37,658 bases of DNA from Promethearchaeota archaeon (GCA_016840165.1 JAEOSU010000061.1:1-37658), one strand, 5' to 3'; shown: positions 1 through 9,831, counted from the stretch's first letter. Numbers and translations are program-made. Notes: generated by a model from the letters alone, not told the origin.

Positions 1-167
1 AAAGGGATACAGATGCAGGTCATTCTGATACTGCAGTATTGACACCTGAGGGAACACAGTTTGAAATCGCCGCTTTTGTTTATCTTGATGCGATTATCGC
101 GGAACTTGCTATTAAAATGGGAAAAACCAACGAAGATCTATTAAGAGCTCATTCAGAAGCAACTTAG
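1..167 (+). CDS. hxlB: 3' end of a SIS-domain protein, probably 6-phospho-3-hexuloisomerase (partial)
   Basis: Frame from nt 3 reads RDTDAGHSDTAVLTPEGTQFEIAAFVYLDAIIAELAIKMGKTNEDLLRAHSEAT-TAG. This matches the PHI C-terminal pattern PxGTxFE...LDA...H. Confidence 0.7.
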   Translation, partial: RDTDAGHSDTAVLTPEGTQFEIAAFVYLDAIIAELAIKMGKTNEDLLRAHSEAT

Positions 168-212
168 GCTCATTAAACTTAAAATTAATAAGTTAGCTAT
201 ATGTTCAATATT

Positions 213-292
213 TGTGCCCATTTATAGTGTGTCTATGAGATAAAATTTAAAATTTATTGTCCATGAATAGAGATCTCCAAATGGGCACACAT
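213..292 (+). ncRNA. Candidate single-hairpin box H/ACA guide RNA with K-turn
   Basis: Lower stem GCCCATTT 216-223 / AAATGGGC 279-286, ACA at 287-289, internal loop 224-231 / 272-278, upper stem TCTAT/ATAGA, tandem GA/GA (237-238, 265-266), 3-nt bulge CAT, apical stem GATAA/TTGTC. Confidence 0.55.
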
Positions 293-301
293 TATTAAAT
301 C

Positions 302-1183
302 CTAGGTTATTAAGGCTCCTAAGGCTCCTGCAAATTCTGAATTTTTAAGAAAAACTGCATTTTTACCTCTGCTTTTAACCATCAATTTGAGTAAGTTTTT
401 TAAGATCTTATTCTCGATTAACAAACCACCACAAAATATTATCTCAGTGACTTCATAAAGATTAGCGAATAAAGTAGCAATAAGGCCAATATTTTCAGCG
501 ATAATGCCTAGAATAGAATGAATTATGTCTTCTTTTCTTACTTCGACTAAATTCTGGATATCATTAATTTTTCCAAGTGATGAAGCTGTAAATGCTCTAA
601 AAAAATCTTCAATACGAGGATCATCTTCAGCATAAATATCTGATACCTTTAAATCTATATTATAGCGATTTCCTTTATTTGCTAATTGAATTATCTTTTT
701 ATAATCATTTAAACCATACAGTAATTTCATTAAACCCATAAACATACCTCCTCCCATAGCACTACCCCCTAAGTGCTTAAAAGTGGCGTTTTTAAGAACA
801 ACTGAAGTCCCTGTTCCGATACTAACAATAAGAGAAGATAATGGTTCTCGCTTCTTTTTTAATCTATATAAAAAGTCAATTCCATTAACGTTTGCATTAA
901 ATTCATCTAATACACTTGTTTCGATTCTTTTTTCGTATTGTTTATAAAAATGATAAGCTTTTCCTCCAGTAAAATGGAGTGCTTTAATTTCCTCTTCAGA
1001 GATAATCTGTTCTAGGATTTCATCGATGTCATCTGTTGTAGGTTTCAAAAGTAGCAATATTTCATTATTATGAATGTATGCGAATTTAGTTAAAGTTTGC
1101 CCAATATCAACACCAACAATTTTTTTTGAAAATTGAGCTATTTTATTCTCAGAATCTAAATTTATGCTTTCTGTAGTTAAAAT
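302..1183 (-). CDS. Type II (Fumble/CoaW-like) pantothenate kinase; true start lies upstream of the ORF-track start at 1057
   Basis: Motifs TGGKAY, VSIGTGTS, HLGGSAMGGGMFMGL, DLKVSDIY, ASSLGK, FAGALGA. In-frame upstream extension contains the ASKHA phosphate-1 motif IVGVDIGQTLTK. Start is either ATT 1183-1181 or ATG 1198 with readthrough of TGA 1192-1190. Confidence 0.85.
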   Translation of the reverse strand: MLTTESINLDSENKIAQFSKKIVGVDIGQTLTKFAYIHNNEILLLLKPTTDDIDEILEQIISEEEIKALHFTGGKAYHFYKQYEKRIETSVLDEFNANVNGIDFLYRLKKKREPLSSLIVSIGTGTSVVLKNATFKHLGGSAMGGGMFMGLMKLLYGLNDYKKIIQLANKGNRYNIDLKVSDIYAEDDPRIEDFFRAFTASSLGKINDIQNLVEVRKEDIIHSILGIIAENIGLIATLFANLYEVTEIIFCGGLLIENKILKNLLKLMVKSRGKNAVFLKNSEFAGALGALIT

Positions 1184-1226
1184 TTCTAATCACTTCATAA
1201 TCGATATTCCAGTTAAAATTTATTAA

Positions 1227-1250
1227 ATTATATTGTTTTAACAATATAAT
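1227..1250. promoter_or_regulatory. Palindrome in divergent promoter region (candidate operator)
   Basis: ATTATATTGTT-TT-AACAATATAAT, perfect 11-bp arms; AT-rich, so chance is not excluded. Confidence 0.4.
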
Positions 1251-1275
1251 ATATTTAAAATTTTAATTTTAAAAT

Positions 1276-2673
1276 ATGTCTAAAAATTCAGATACCATTG
1301 GTACTAATGTAGTTATTGTGAGAGATACCAATACCGCTGATGCATTAGTAAAATGTTTTGATCACTTAGGAGGAATTAATAAATTTATCCAGGAAAACGA
1401 TATCATATTTATAAAACTATCATTCAAACTTCCTTATGGTTATCCTTGTAGTGTAAATTATGATACCTTAGGGAAACTTATTGAGCTATGCTTAGATTCT
1501 GGCGCGAAAGAAATATATGTGGGAGACTTCCCCTCTGATCATATAAAATTCGAGGTCATCACAGATATTACAGGATTGAAAAAATACCTTGAGAGCAAAG
1601 GTGCCGTACTTGCCAATTTAGATGACGAGGAATTATTTCCTCGTAGACAATTTTCATTGGACAGTAAACAAATCAAGATACCCTCGATTATACTTGATGC
1701 TGACAAATTAATTATTTTAAATCAAGTCAATGTTGATCCAATTTTTATTTGTACTCTATCATACCTTAATTTATCAACTATTATACCTAACAAGTATCAA
1801 AGAATCGAAAAAAATGAAAGACCAGGGAAGGATTATCTCTCTTTAGATCAATATAAACAAGACCTTATATCAAATATTCTTGCTATTTCTACGATTAAAA
1901 CTCCAAATTTAGTCATAAATGATCTTACTTACGTTATAGAAGGAGCTGGACCATATACTTATAAAGATTCACACTGTATAGAAACTAATCTTTTCATTAT
2001 GGGAGAGAATACCTTTGCAGTCGATTATATAACCCTTAAACTTATGAGCATAGAGCTATCGGAAAGTAAATTATTATCAGAAGCACAAGGTCATTCTACA
2101 GGAATATTACATCCAGAATATATCAATTTATTAGGAGACTCTGCTTCGGATAATAAATTTAAAATCCAAAAATGTGTATCCACATTAGAAGATATTAATG
2201 TTAAAAATTGTCTTTTAAGGAAAGGTAGATACTGCTCAGGCTGTTATGAAAAAGCTTATCACCTATTAAACTTTCTAAAGAGTGCGATGACTAAAGATTT
2301 AAAATATATGGGCTCTTTTTCATTTCTGATCGGAGAAACTCCTTTAGAACCGGATATAAAAGATAATATCATACTTTTTGGTGATTGTGCAATTGAGAGC
2401 ACTAAAGATCGGGATTTTAGGAAAAAAACTCTTTTAAAAAAACAGACAAATACAAAAGAGATCATGAAGAAAATAAAGAAATCACAGAAGAAACCATCTA
2501 AATCCACTAAAATGAAAATAGTTGATAACAAGAATATATTGGAGCTTCCTGGATGTCCTCCCGATCTTATCGAATGTTATGATTTTTTAATAAAATATTA
2601 TAGTAAAACAAATCTACCAAATCTGAATCTTTTAGCTACAATTAATTCTAGCTTTATAGATAATTATAAATGA
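1276..2673 (+). CDS. DUF362-family protein with C-terminal Fe-S-type cysteine motifs
   Basis: N-terminal LGGINKFI..D.IFIK pattern, EGAGP, C-terminal CSGC...GDCA...LPGCPP. Confidence 0.75.
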   Translation: MSKNSDTIGTNVVIVRDTNTADALVKCFDHLGGINKFIQENDIIFIKLSFKLPYGYPCSVNYDTLGKLIELCLDSGAKEIYVGDFPSDHIKFEVITDITGLKKYLESKGAVLANLDDEELFPRRQFSLDSKQIKIPSIILDADKLIILNQVNVDPIFICTLSYLNLSTIIPNKYQRIEKNERPGKDYLSLDQYKQDLISNILAISTIKTPNLVINDLTYVIEGAGPYTYKDSHCIETNLFIMGENTFAVDYITLKLMSIELSESKLLSEAQGHSTGILHPEYINLLGDSASDNKFKIQKCVSTLEDINVKNCLLRKGRYCSGCYEKAYHLLNFLKSAMTKDLKYMGSFSFLIGETPLEPDIKDNIILFGDCAIESTKDRDFRKKTLLKKQTNTKEIMKKIKKSQKKPSKSTKMKIVDNKNILELPGCPPDLIECYDFLIKYYSKTNLPNLNLLATINSSFIDNYK

Positions 2674-2701
2674 TTATAGGAAATCTTAGGTTGATGATGC
2701 T

Positions 2702-4237
2702 ATGATTGACAGAAATCTTAAAGAAGACTGGTTGAAATTACTAGAAATTAACGACAAGATTAATAAATCTGAAACTCCTGAAGATATACAAGAGATAATT
2801 ACAATTCCTTTTACACCCCTAAAAGTCAACGCTCAATTGCTTTACTTTCTTTCGCAATACCTTTACCCTAAATTCATTAACGACCAAAAAAATGTAGTAG
2901 ATATTATTATATCTGATTATGATATTGATGATATCGCGTTCAATGCATTTCTCTATAAAACCAGTAGGCTAGGCGTCTACGATTCGATTTATACAATTTC
3001 AAAGGATGAAATTACTTTTAAGCAAATAGAAATGAATAATTTAGAGCAATTATTTATCAGTATTCAATCTACTATTATTAAGAAAAGAAATATACGAATT
3101 GCTTCAGTACGTTTCTTCAGAAAAAGAAGTATTGATTTAATTAATCGATATTATGAAGAATTAGAAAAATTTACGCCCTTTGAATTCTTTACACATCTTT
3201 TTGATTTAATTCAGAAACTGATCATGCAAGAATTGATAATTATCTATCCTGAACCAAATATCATAAAATTTTTGAGATCGTTTTTCTCAGTGATTGAAAA
3301 CTTGAAAATCTCCGACTTCATTGAAACATTCTTTGATATTTTACCTCTCTTTAATCAAATCATAACTTTTCATTCCATAGAATCAGATTTCATGCTTCAT
3401 CTCAAAAAATTAGCCTCAGAAAGGAAAAAACATCTTGAATTGACGCTTAAAGAAATAGATATTGATAAAAATCCGATTGATTCTAACTCAACTAACAAGA
3501 AATTATACCAACTTCAAAAAGAATTTAAAAGCGATAACTTATTGATTCTGAAATTAGACTCTCTTACAACTTTTCTTTTAGAAATATCAGAATTACGAAT
3601 CCCAATTAATAAGGAGAAACTTAAATTAATCCTCCAAAAAGGGTTATACGCATTTTCAAACCTAGGAACCCATTGGAATATTAACCCTCGACCCAAGATT
3701 TATAGTACCCTCATACGATTTTTAACACGTCTTTTAGGTTTTAATTTAAATTTAAAGAAAATTTCTTACTGGGCCATTCCTGAATTCATATATTACATTT
3801 TTGATTCTTATTTTGGCTTAAATTATAAGATCGCTTTTCTACTAATGGATGAAGGCGAAATAAAGAATTTATTTTCATTAGAATGCCAGAATGGCACACC
3901 AATAAAAATTATTCCAATTAATCAGAAAGACATAATAAATAAAGAAAGTATCACTCCATTGAGTTCGATCTGGAAATCCATTAATATATATTATGGATTT
4001 CACGTTATGCTTCTTAAAATCGATGCAACCTTAATTCGAAAACTTTTAAATACATTTCTCTTTAAACTTAATAAACTGGGACTCTTTTCACTTTTATCGA
4101 CTATGAAAATGGTTAAAAATCCAGAATACTTCGACTTTTTTCCAGAATTACCGCCTTTTCAAATCATTAAAAAAAAGAATTCCCTTTCTCTGCTAAAACT
4201 TCTATTGAACATTCTTATTGATAAATATGAATTCTAA
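2702..4237 (+). CDS. Hypothetical protein
   Basis: 511-aa ORF, no motif recognised. Confidence 0.7.
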   Translation: MIDRNLKEDWLKLLEINDKINKSETPEDIQEIITIPFTPLKVNAQLLYFLSQYLYPKFINDQKNVVDIIISDYDIDDIAFNAFLYKTSRLGVYDSIYTISKDEITFKQIEMNNLEQLFISIQSTIIKKRNIRIASVRFFRKRSIDLINRYYEELEKFTPFEFFTHLFDLIQKLIMQELIIIYPEPNIIKFLRSFFSVIENLKISDFIETFFDILPLFNQIITFHSIESDFMLHLKKLASERKKHLELTLKEIDIDKNPIDSNSTNKKLYQLQKEFKSDNLLILKLDSLTTFLLEISELRIPINKEKLKLILQKGLYAFSNLGTHWNINPRPKIYSTLIRFLTRLLGFNLNLKKISYWAIPEFIYYIFDSYFGLNYKIAFLLMDEGEIKNLFSLECQNGTPIKIIPINQKDIINKESITPLSSIWKSINIYYGFHVMLLKIDATLIRKLLNTFLFKLNKLGLFSLLSTMKMVKNPEYFDFFPELPPFQIIKKKNSLSLLKLLLNILIDKYEF

Positions 4238-5340
4238 CTTCCTCTTTTTTCAAAGAATCCTTTAACTTTAAGCAACTCAGCGTTTAAAATTGCTCCGCCT
4301 GCTGCCCCTCGAATAGTGTTATGACTTAAGGATATAAACTTATAATCTAAAACATTATCATCTCTCAGTCGTCCAACTGTTACCGCCATTCCCTTATCAT
4401 TGGCTCTATCCTTTTTAGGTTGAGGACGATCAACATTCTCTAAGTAGATAATTGGGTGTTTCGGTGCAAAAGGAAGATTCAACTCCTGAGGAAGAGATCG
4501 ATAACTCCTCCAAATATTGATGATTTCTTCGTTTTTTGGAATTGTGTCTTTACATTTAAAGCTGATTGAAGCGATATGACCATCAGTAACTGGAACGCGG
4601 ATACAAGTAGCACTAAAAGTAATATCCTCTCTATTACTAATTCCTTCGCTTGTAATTCTGCCAAAAACCTTTAGGGGCTCTTTTTCAGATTTCTCTTCCT
4701 CTCCTTCTATATAAGGCACTATATTATCAATAATATCCAGCGAAGCAACCCCTGGAAAACCGGCGCCTGAAACTGCTTGTAAGGTTGTTACAACTACTTT
4801 CTCAATCTCATAACCTGCTTGTTCAATTGCGTGTAAAGGAGCCATATAACTTTGAATGGAGCAATTAGGTTTAACTATTACAAAACCATGAGTAAAATTT
4901 CTTCTTTTTTGTTGAATCGGAATAACTTTAAGGTGTTCATGATTTATTTCTGGAATTAACATAGGAACATCCGTCGTCCCCCTATTTGCGGAATTATTAC
5001 TTATAACTGGAATTCCCTTCTTTGCATATTGGAATTCTAAAGATTTGACTTCTTCTTTATTCGGTAAGGATATGGCAGAAAATACAAAATCTAAATTTTT
5101 ATCTAATGAATCGAAGTCAAATACATTTCTGACTACTAGAGTTCTAAGCTTTTGAGGGATCTCACAATCCATTTGCCATTTAGATTTGACTGCATCATAA
5201 TAGGGTTTTCCTTCTGACCTCGGTGATGCTGCGATATCTATTATTTCGAACCAAGGATGATTTCTTAAAAGCTTTATATAATTCTGTCCTACTATTCCAG
5301 TTCCGCCTAATATTCCACATTTTAACTTTTCTGATGACAT
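4234..5340 (-). CDS. asd: Aspartate-semialdehyde dehydrogenase
   Basis: GILGGTGIVGQ, catalytic KPNCS, QAVSGAG, CIRVPVTDGH, SHNTIRGAAG. Confidence 0.96.
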   Translation of the reverse strand: MSSEKLKCGILGGTGIVGQNYIKLLRNHPWFEIIDIAASPRSEGKPYYDAVKSKWQMDCEIPQKLRTLVVRNVFDFDSLDKNLDFVFSAISLPNKEEVKSLEFQYAKKGIPVISNNSANRGTTDVPMLIPEINHEHLKVIPIQQKRRNFTHGFVIVKPNCSIQSYMAPLHAIEQAGYEIEKVVVTTLQAVSGAGFPGVASLDIIDNIVPYIEGEEEKSEKEPLKVFGRITSEGISNREDITFSATCIRVPVTDGHIASISFKCKDTIPKNEEIINIWRSYRSLPQELNLPFAPKHPIIYLENVDRPQPKKDRANDKGMAVTVGRLRDDNVLDYKFISLSHNTIRGAAGGAILNAELLKVKGFFEKRGS

Positions 5341-5460
5341 TCTTTATCAATGATTACTAATTTTCAATCCTATTTAATAAGAAATTATTGAATAATTTTA
5401 TTAAATTTTTTTAGTTTCATTACTATTATATAGTAAATTATTATTTATTTGGTGTTTAAT

Positions 5461-6780
5461 ATGGACGATATGAAAAATACGCTAATAATTGAAGCGGAAG
5501 AATATGAAAAACTATCAAAAATTGAAGTTAAAAGGCAGAATTATGAAGAAGCAATTTCCTTATTACTTCAAGCAAAAGCAAAGTATGAAGAAGCGGGATT
5601 AACAGGACAAGTATCTATCCTTATCAAGAAAATCGCTAATTTAAAAAACCTGATAAGTATATCTCCAATTAAAGCGGTCATTTCGAGTGAAGATAAAATT
5701 AAACTTGAGATAAATCACAAAGAAAACCTTGAAGAGAGAGGAATTGAGGCTTTAGAGAAAGCATATGAATCTGCTTCAAATGGTGAACTAGAGAAAGCCA
5801 TTGAAATATATAACGAAGCCTACATTGTTTATAAAAAATTAAATTTTGATTATGAATGTAAACAAATTCTCTGGCAGATCAATGAAATAAAAGAACACCA
5901 AAAATGGAATAAAGCAGGAAAAGTTAATATCAAGAATCTCCCATTAAAGGACATTATTTCTTTATCTCAAGCAGAAAAGCGAAGAAGTAAGATTCAAGAA
6001 AAATTAGCCGCTCCAAAAGAAAAAGTAATATCTAAACCCGAAAAGGAGATCTCACCCATTTCTATCTCCGAAAAGACAACTGGACCAAAAAAGCCTAAAC
6101 TATTACAACAAATCCAAGAACTAGAAAAGAAAGAACAATTAAGAAAAGAAAAAGAAGAGGAAATTCGTAAGGAGGTACACGATATTAGGCTTCAAAAAAT
6201 TAAAGCAAAGCAAGAAAAATTGTTAGCAATTCAGCAACAACAAAAAGCAGAAGAAGAACTGATTAATCAAGCCAATTCATATTTGGACCAAGCTAATAGA
6301 CATATAAAGGAGAAAAAATATGATAAGGCAAAGGAATTATATACCCAATCCATTAAAATTTTTACAACTTTAGGTTGGAATGATCAACTAAGAACATTAA
6401 ACCAAGAATTAAGAAATATTGAACTTTATAAGAAAGAGGACGTTAGAAAGGAATATTTAACTCAACAAAGAAAAATACAGAGTGAACAGAAATTTCAAAA
6501 ACGAGTCTCTACTGTAATTAACGAGAAAGAACGATTTCTCGAGAAAAAAGGAACAGGCGAAACCGTTTTACCTCCTGAAATCAAGCTTAAATTAGAAAAA
6601 GCGCGATTTACTAAAGAAAAAGCAGAAAAAGAAGAGAAAATAGCGAATTTAGGAAGGGCACTCGCGAGATATAAATACGTTTTAGAATTATACGAATCGA
6701 TTCCCCCAGAATATCTTGATATCTCTGAAGAAATTACATTCATTAAGCAAAAAATTTCCGAAATAAAAGAGAAAATGTAA
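5461..6780 (+). CDS. TPR-like helical / coiled-coil protein
   Basis: Repeated helical hairpins (YEEAISLL..A, LEKAIEIY..A, YDKAKELY..S) separated by E/K-rich coiled coil; ATG 5461 preferred over TTG 5449. Confidence 0.7.
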   Translation: MDDMKNTLIIEAEEYEKLSKIEVKRQNYEEAISLLLQAKAKYEEAGLTGQVSILIKKIANLKNLISISPIKAVISSEDKIKLEINHKENLEERGIEALEKAYESASNGELEKAIEIYNEAYIVYKKLNFDYECKQILWQINEIKEHQKWNKAGKVNIKNLPLKDIISLSQAEKRRSKIQEKLAAPKEKVISKPEKEISPISISEKTTGPKKPKLLQQIQELEKKEQLRKEKEEEIRKEVHDIRLQKIKAKQEKLLAIQQQQKAEEELINQANSYLDQANRHIKEKKYDKAKELYTQSIKIFTTLGWNDQLRTLNQELRNIELYKKEDVRKEYLTQQRKIQSEQKFQKRVSTVINEKERFLEKKGTGETVLPPEIKLKLEKARFTKEKAEKEEKIANLGRALARYKYVLELYESIPPEYLDISEEITFIKQKISEIKEKM

Positions 6781-6827
6781 AATTTTATGCTCTCTTTAAT
6801 ATAACAAAAGAGTAATTTTATAAAATT

Positions 6828-7871
6828 ATGGATAATCCTTTTTCAGATTTTTTTCACGTTCCTGGCAGCCAAGAATTACTTGATATTGCATTCAAAAAGG
6901 CAATGAAAAGTTCTGCTCAAGTATCAAAAAACGCATCAATCTTAATTAAAGCAAAGAAAAAAGAACATAAAAGAATTAAAGTTGCTATTGATGAGATCAT
7001 TAATAGGGTTCTTACCATTATAAAAAGGGTCCCAATGATTGAGGAACTACCTGATTTTTATAAAGAATTAGCAGCCTTAATCGTAGATGTTGATAAATTA
7101 CGTTTAAATCTAGGTAAACTTAATGGGATACTTCCTATTTTGAACCAAATTGAGCGGGATTCATTAAGAAGACTAAGACATATAGAAACTCCAAAAGAAG
7201 CTGATCAAATTCGTAGAGCCGCTTTTGGCAGAATCTCGTCGATTATAAATAAACAAAACCAGAATTTAGAATATCTCAACCAAATTCGAGGAGGATTAAG
7301 AAAAATCCCTTCTCTTGACTATACTTCTCCTTGTGTTGTAGTTGCGGGCTATCCTAATGTAGGAAAGAGTAGTATCGTTAAATTAATTTCTACTAATAAA
7401 AAGCTAGAAGTACAAGAATATCCATTCACTACAAAAGAACTCAATTTAGGACATTTAGTAATTCAGCGACGCTTTGATACCATAAAAATTCAGATTATGG
7501 ATACTCCGGGCATCCTAGATCGACCAATGCCTCGAAGGAATAATATTGAACTAAAAGCTATACTAGCTTTAAAAGCCATTTCGGATCTTATCCTTTTTGT
7601 ATTTGATCCTACTCCTTCTTGTGGTTATACCATTGAATCCCAGATCGAACTCTATCAAGAGGTATACCAAAATTTTACAAAACAAGGAAAAACTAAAATT
7701 TTCGTTTTGATAAATAAAATGGATTTAGCCAGTGCTCAAGAAATTGATTATCTTTGTGGGCATTTGGAATTAGAGAATAATGATTATATCCTAACGAATG
7801 CATTAACTGGAGAAAATATTGATAAGGTTATCTCTTACTTATATTCCTATTATTATCAAGATAAAATATAA
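6828..7871 (+). CDS. NOG1-family ribosome biogenesis GTPase
   Basis: GYPNVGKSS, YPFTTK, DTPGILDR, INKMD and an N-terminal helical NOG1 domain. Confidence 0.93.
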   Translation: MDNPFSDFFHVPGSQELLDIAFKKAMKSSAQVSKNASILIKAKKKEHKRIKVAIDEIINRVLTIIKRVPMIEELPDFYKELAALIVDVDKLRLNLGKLNGILPILNQIERDSLRRLRHIETPKEADQIRRAAFGRISSIINKQNQNLEYLNQIRGGLRKIPSLDYTSPCVVVAGYPNVGKSSIVKLISTNKKLEVQEYPFTTKELNLGHLVIQRRFDTIKIQIMDTPGILDRPMPRRNNIELKAILALKAISDLILFVFDPTPSCGYTIESQIELYQEVYQNFTKQGKTKIFVLINKMDLASAQEIDYLCGHLELENNDYILTNALTGENIDKVISYLYSYYYQDKI

Positions 7872-7886
7872 AACGTCTAACTACTC

Positions 7887-8969
7887 ATGTTTATCATAGG
7901 ATTAGATATCGGTGGTGCGAATTCAAAAGCAGCTTTCATAGAAATTAAGGAAGAGAAAATTATTAAAGCAGCATCAGTGATTGAATATTTCCCTTTTTGG
8001 GAGAAAACCAACAAAGATATAATTACAATGTTTAACACACTTATCGAAAGATTGACGAGCGATGATTCCATCTCACAGGAGCAGATTAACTTTATCGCAG
8101 TTAGCATAACAGCAGAACTCTCAGATGCATTCTATACTAAAAGAGAAGGGATTTTTACCATATTAGAGGCACTAAAAGAGGTATTTGGCACTGATAGATT
8201 AAAATTTATCACTATTCACAATCAATTTGTGGACTTTTCATTAGCGAAGAAAGACTACTTAGCTATTTCCGCAGCTAATTGGGTTTCAACTGCTCTATTT
8301 GTTGGTAATTTCGTAAAAAATTGTATCCTAATTGATGGGGGCTCAACTACTATAGATATTATTCCAATTGTGAATTCTCTTCCAAATACTAAAGGAAAAG
8401 ACGATACAACACGAATCATTAATCATGAATTAATATATACCGGAGGCTTGCGGGCAACAATTCCGTCTATTACTCATTTTGTACCTCTCCAAGGAAAAAA
8501 ATTACGGGTTTCATTCGAAAAGTTCGCATTAATTTCTGATGTTCAACGCATCTTAAACAATATAACTGAGGCGGAGTACATCAACGATACTGCTGATCAT
8601 AGGTCTACTTCCTTAGAGGATTGTTATGCTCGGTTAGCTCGCATGATATGCTCCGATTTAGATTTAATTTCGAAAGAAGAGCTCAAAAAGATTGCGGAAT
8701 ATATCTATCAAAAACAACTTGAACTCATCTCATCAGAAATCGAATTATTAATGGAAGATCTTATACAAAGATTTCCCGATTTCGAAACTGATCCTCAATT
8801 TATTGTTACTGGGTTATGTAGCGACTTTTTGGTTAAGAAAGCCTTAAATAAATTAAATTATACTAAAATTTTAGATTTTAGAAATATTACGGGAATTCCG
8901 GATAATGTTAGCTCATCTGCTTTTGCTGTAGCAGGAGCATTATATTATAATCATCTAATAAAGTTGTAA
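7887..8969 (+). CDS. mfnF: Methanofuran biosynthesis protein MfnF (hydantoinase/oxoprolinase family)
   Basis: GLDIGGANSK, TAELSDAF..KREG, SAANWVST, DGGSTTIDIIP, ELIYTG, RLARMICSD; adjacent to mfnE. Confidence 0.85.
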   Translation: MFIIGLDIGGANSKAAFIEIKEEKIIKAASVIEYFPFWEKTNKDIITMFNTLIERLTSDDSISQEQINFIAVSITAELSDAFYTKREGIFTILEALKEVFGTDRLKFITIHNQFVDFSLAKKDYLAISAANWVSTALFVGNFVKNCILIDGGSTTIDIIPIVNSLPNTKGKDDTTRIINHELIYTGGLRATIPSITHFVPLQGKKLRVSFEKFALISDVQRILNNITEAEYINDTADHRSTSLEDCYARLARMICSDLDLISKEELKKIAEYIYQKQLELISSEIELLMEDLIQRFPDFETDPQFIVTGLCSDFLVKKALNKLNYTKILDFRNITGIPDNVSSSAFAVAGALYYNHLIKL

Positions 8970-8971
8970 TA

Positions 8972-9697
8972 ATGATTTTAGAAAAAGCACTTTTTAAAAT
9001 TGGCGGCTCTATAATAGAAAACCCTATATATCTCAAAAACACTATTTCCCAATTTAAAAGACTAGTCCAAGAAAATCTTATCAACAATGTCATCATTATC
9101 CCAGGAGGGGCTTCATACGCTAACTTTATACGAACTCTCGATAAGGAATTGAAAATTGGAAATAATATGGCCCATTGGATGGCTATATATGCCATGAATT
9201 ATAATGGAAACAAAATAGCTCACCAATACCCATTTATAAATTTGACAGAAAAAATCGAGGAATTGCTAACAATTGATCATTCCATCTCTCTTTTTTTACC
9301 CTTCAAGTATTTGAAAATGAAAGATTCATTACCACATAGTTGGGATGTCACCTCCGATTCAATTACCCTCTCTATCGCCCATGAGCTGGAACTTAGTCAG
9401 TGTTTCCTAATTAAAGATGTAGATGGAATTCTCAATCAAGATAATGAATTAATCCAAAATTTAACTACTTCTACCTTTATTCAATTGAAAGAATCAGGTA
9501 AACTTGCCAAAATCGATGCTAATGAGAAAGACATAAAACAATCAAAGCCAATTGATAACTATGCATTAGAAATTATTGATGCTTTCAATATGTCATGCAT
9601 CCTATTAAACGGAGCACTTAATACTTCAAGAATTTATAAATATTTTGCCAGTAGTAAAGAAACCGAGAAAATTTTTACCAAAATCTCTTTTTCATAG
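8972..9697 (+). CDS. mfnE: Amino-acid-kinase family protein, MfnE (aminomethylfuran phosphate kinase)
   Basis: KIGGS, IIPGG, AHWMAI.AM, LPHSWDVTSDSI, KDVDGI. Confidence 0.85.
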   Translation: MILEKALFKIGGSIIENPIYLKNTISQFKRLVQENLINNVIIIPGGASYANFIRTLDKELKIGNNMAHWMAIYAMNYNGNKIAHQYPFINLTEKIEELLTIDHSISLFLPFKYLKMKDSLPHSWDVTSDSITLSIAHELELSQCFLIKDVDGILNQDNELIQNLTTSTFIQLKESGKLAKIDANEKDIKQSKPIDNYALEIIDAFNMSCILLNGALNTSRIYKYFASSKETEKIFTKISFS

Positions 9698-9831
9698 TTT
9701 AAATAACGTAAAATTTCTCGATGAATCTTATTATTATAAAGAATCTCGAGAGAAGAAAGTTTTAATTAACCCAGAATTAATTATTAATTAATATTTTAAT
9801 AATAAATTACAGACATTAATGTGAAGTAAAT

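Noticed and set aside
229-271. TGTCTATGA shared with the selD SECIS, suggesting a second SECIS
   Set aside because: No stem pairs directly above an AUGA/GA core; the bulge is on the 3' strand, the H/ACA-type K-turn orientation. The minus strand has no core.
2671-2673. TGA stops at 2673, 16933, 22415 and 32416 as possible Sec codons
   Set aside because: Readthrough gives no recognisable motif or meets another stop soon; no Cys-equivalent context or SECIS.
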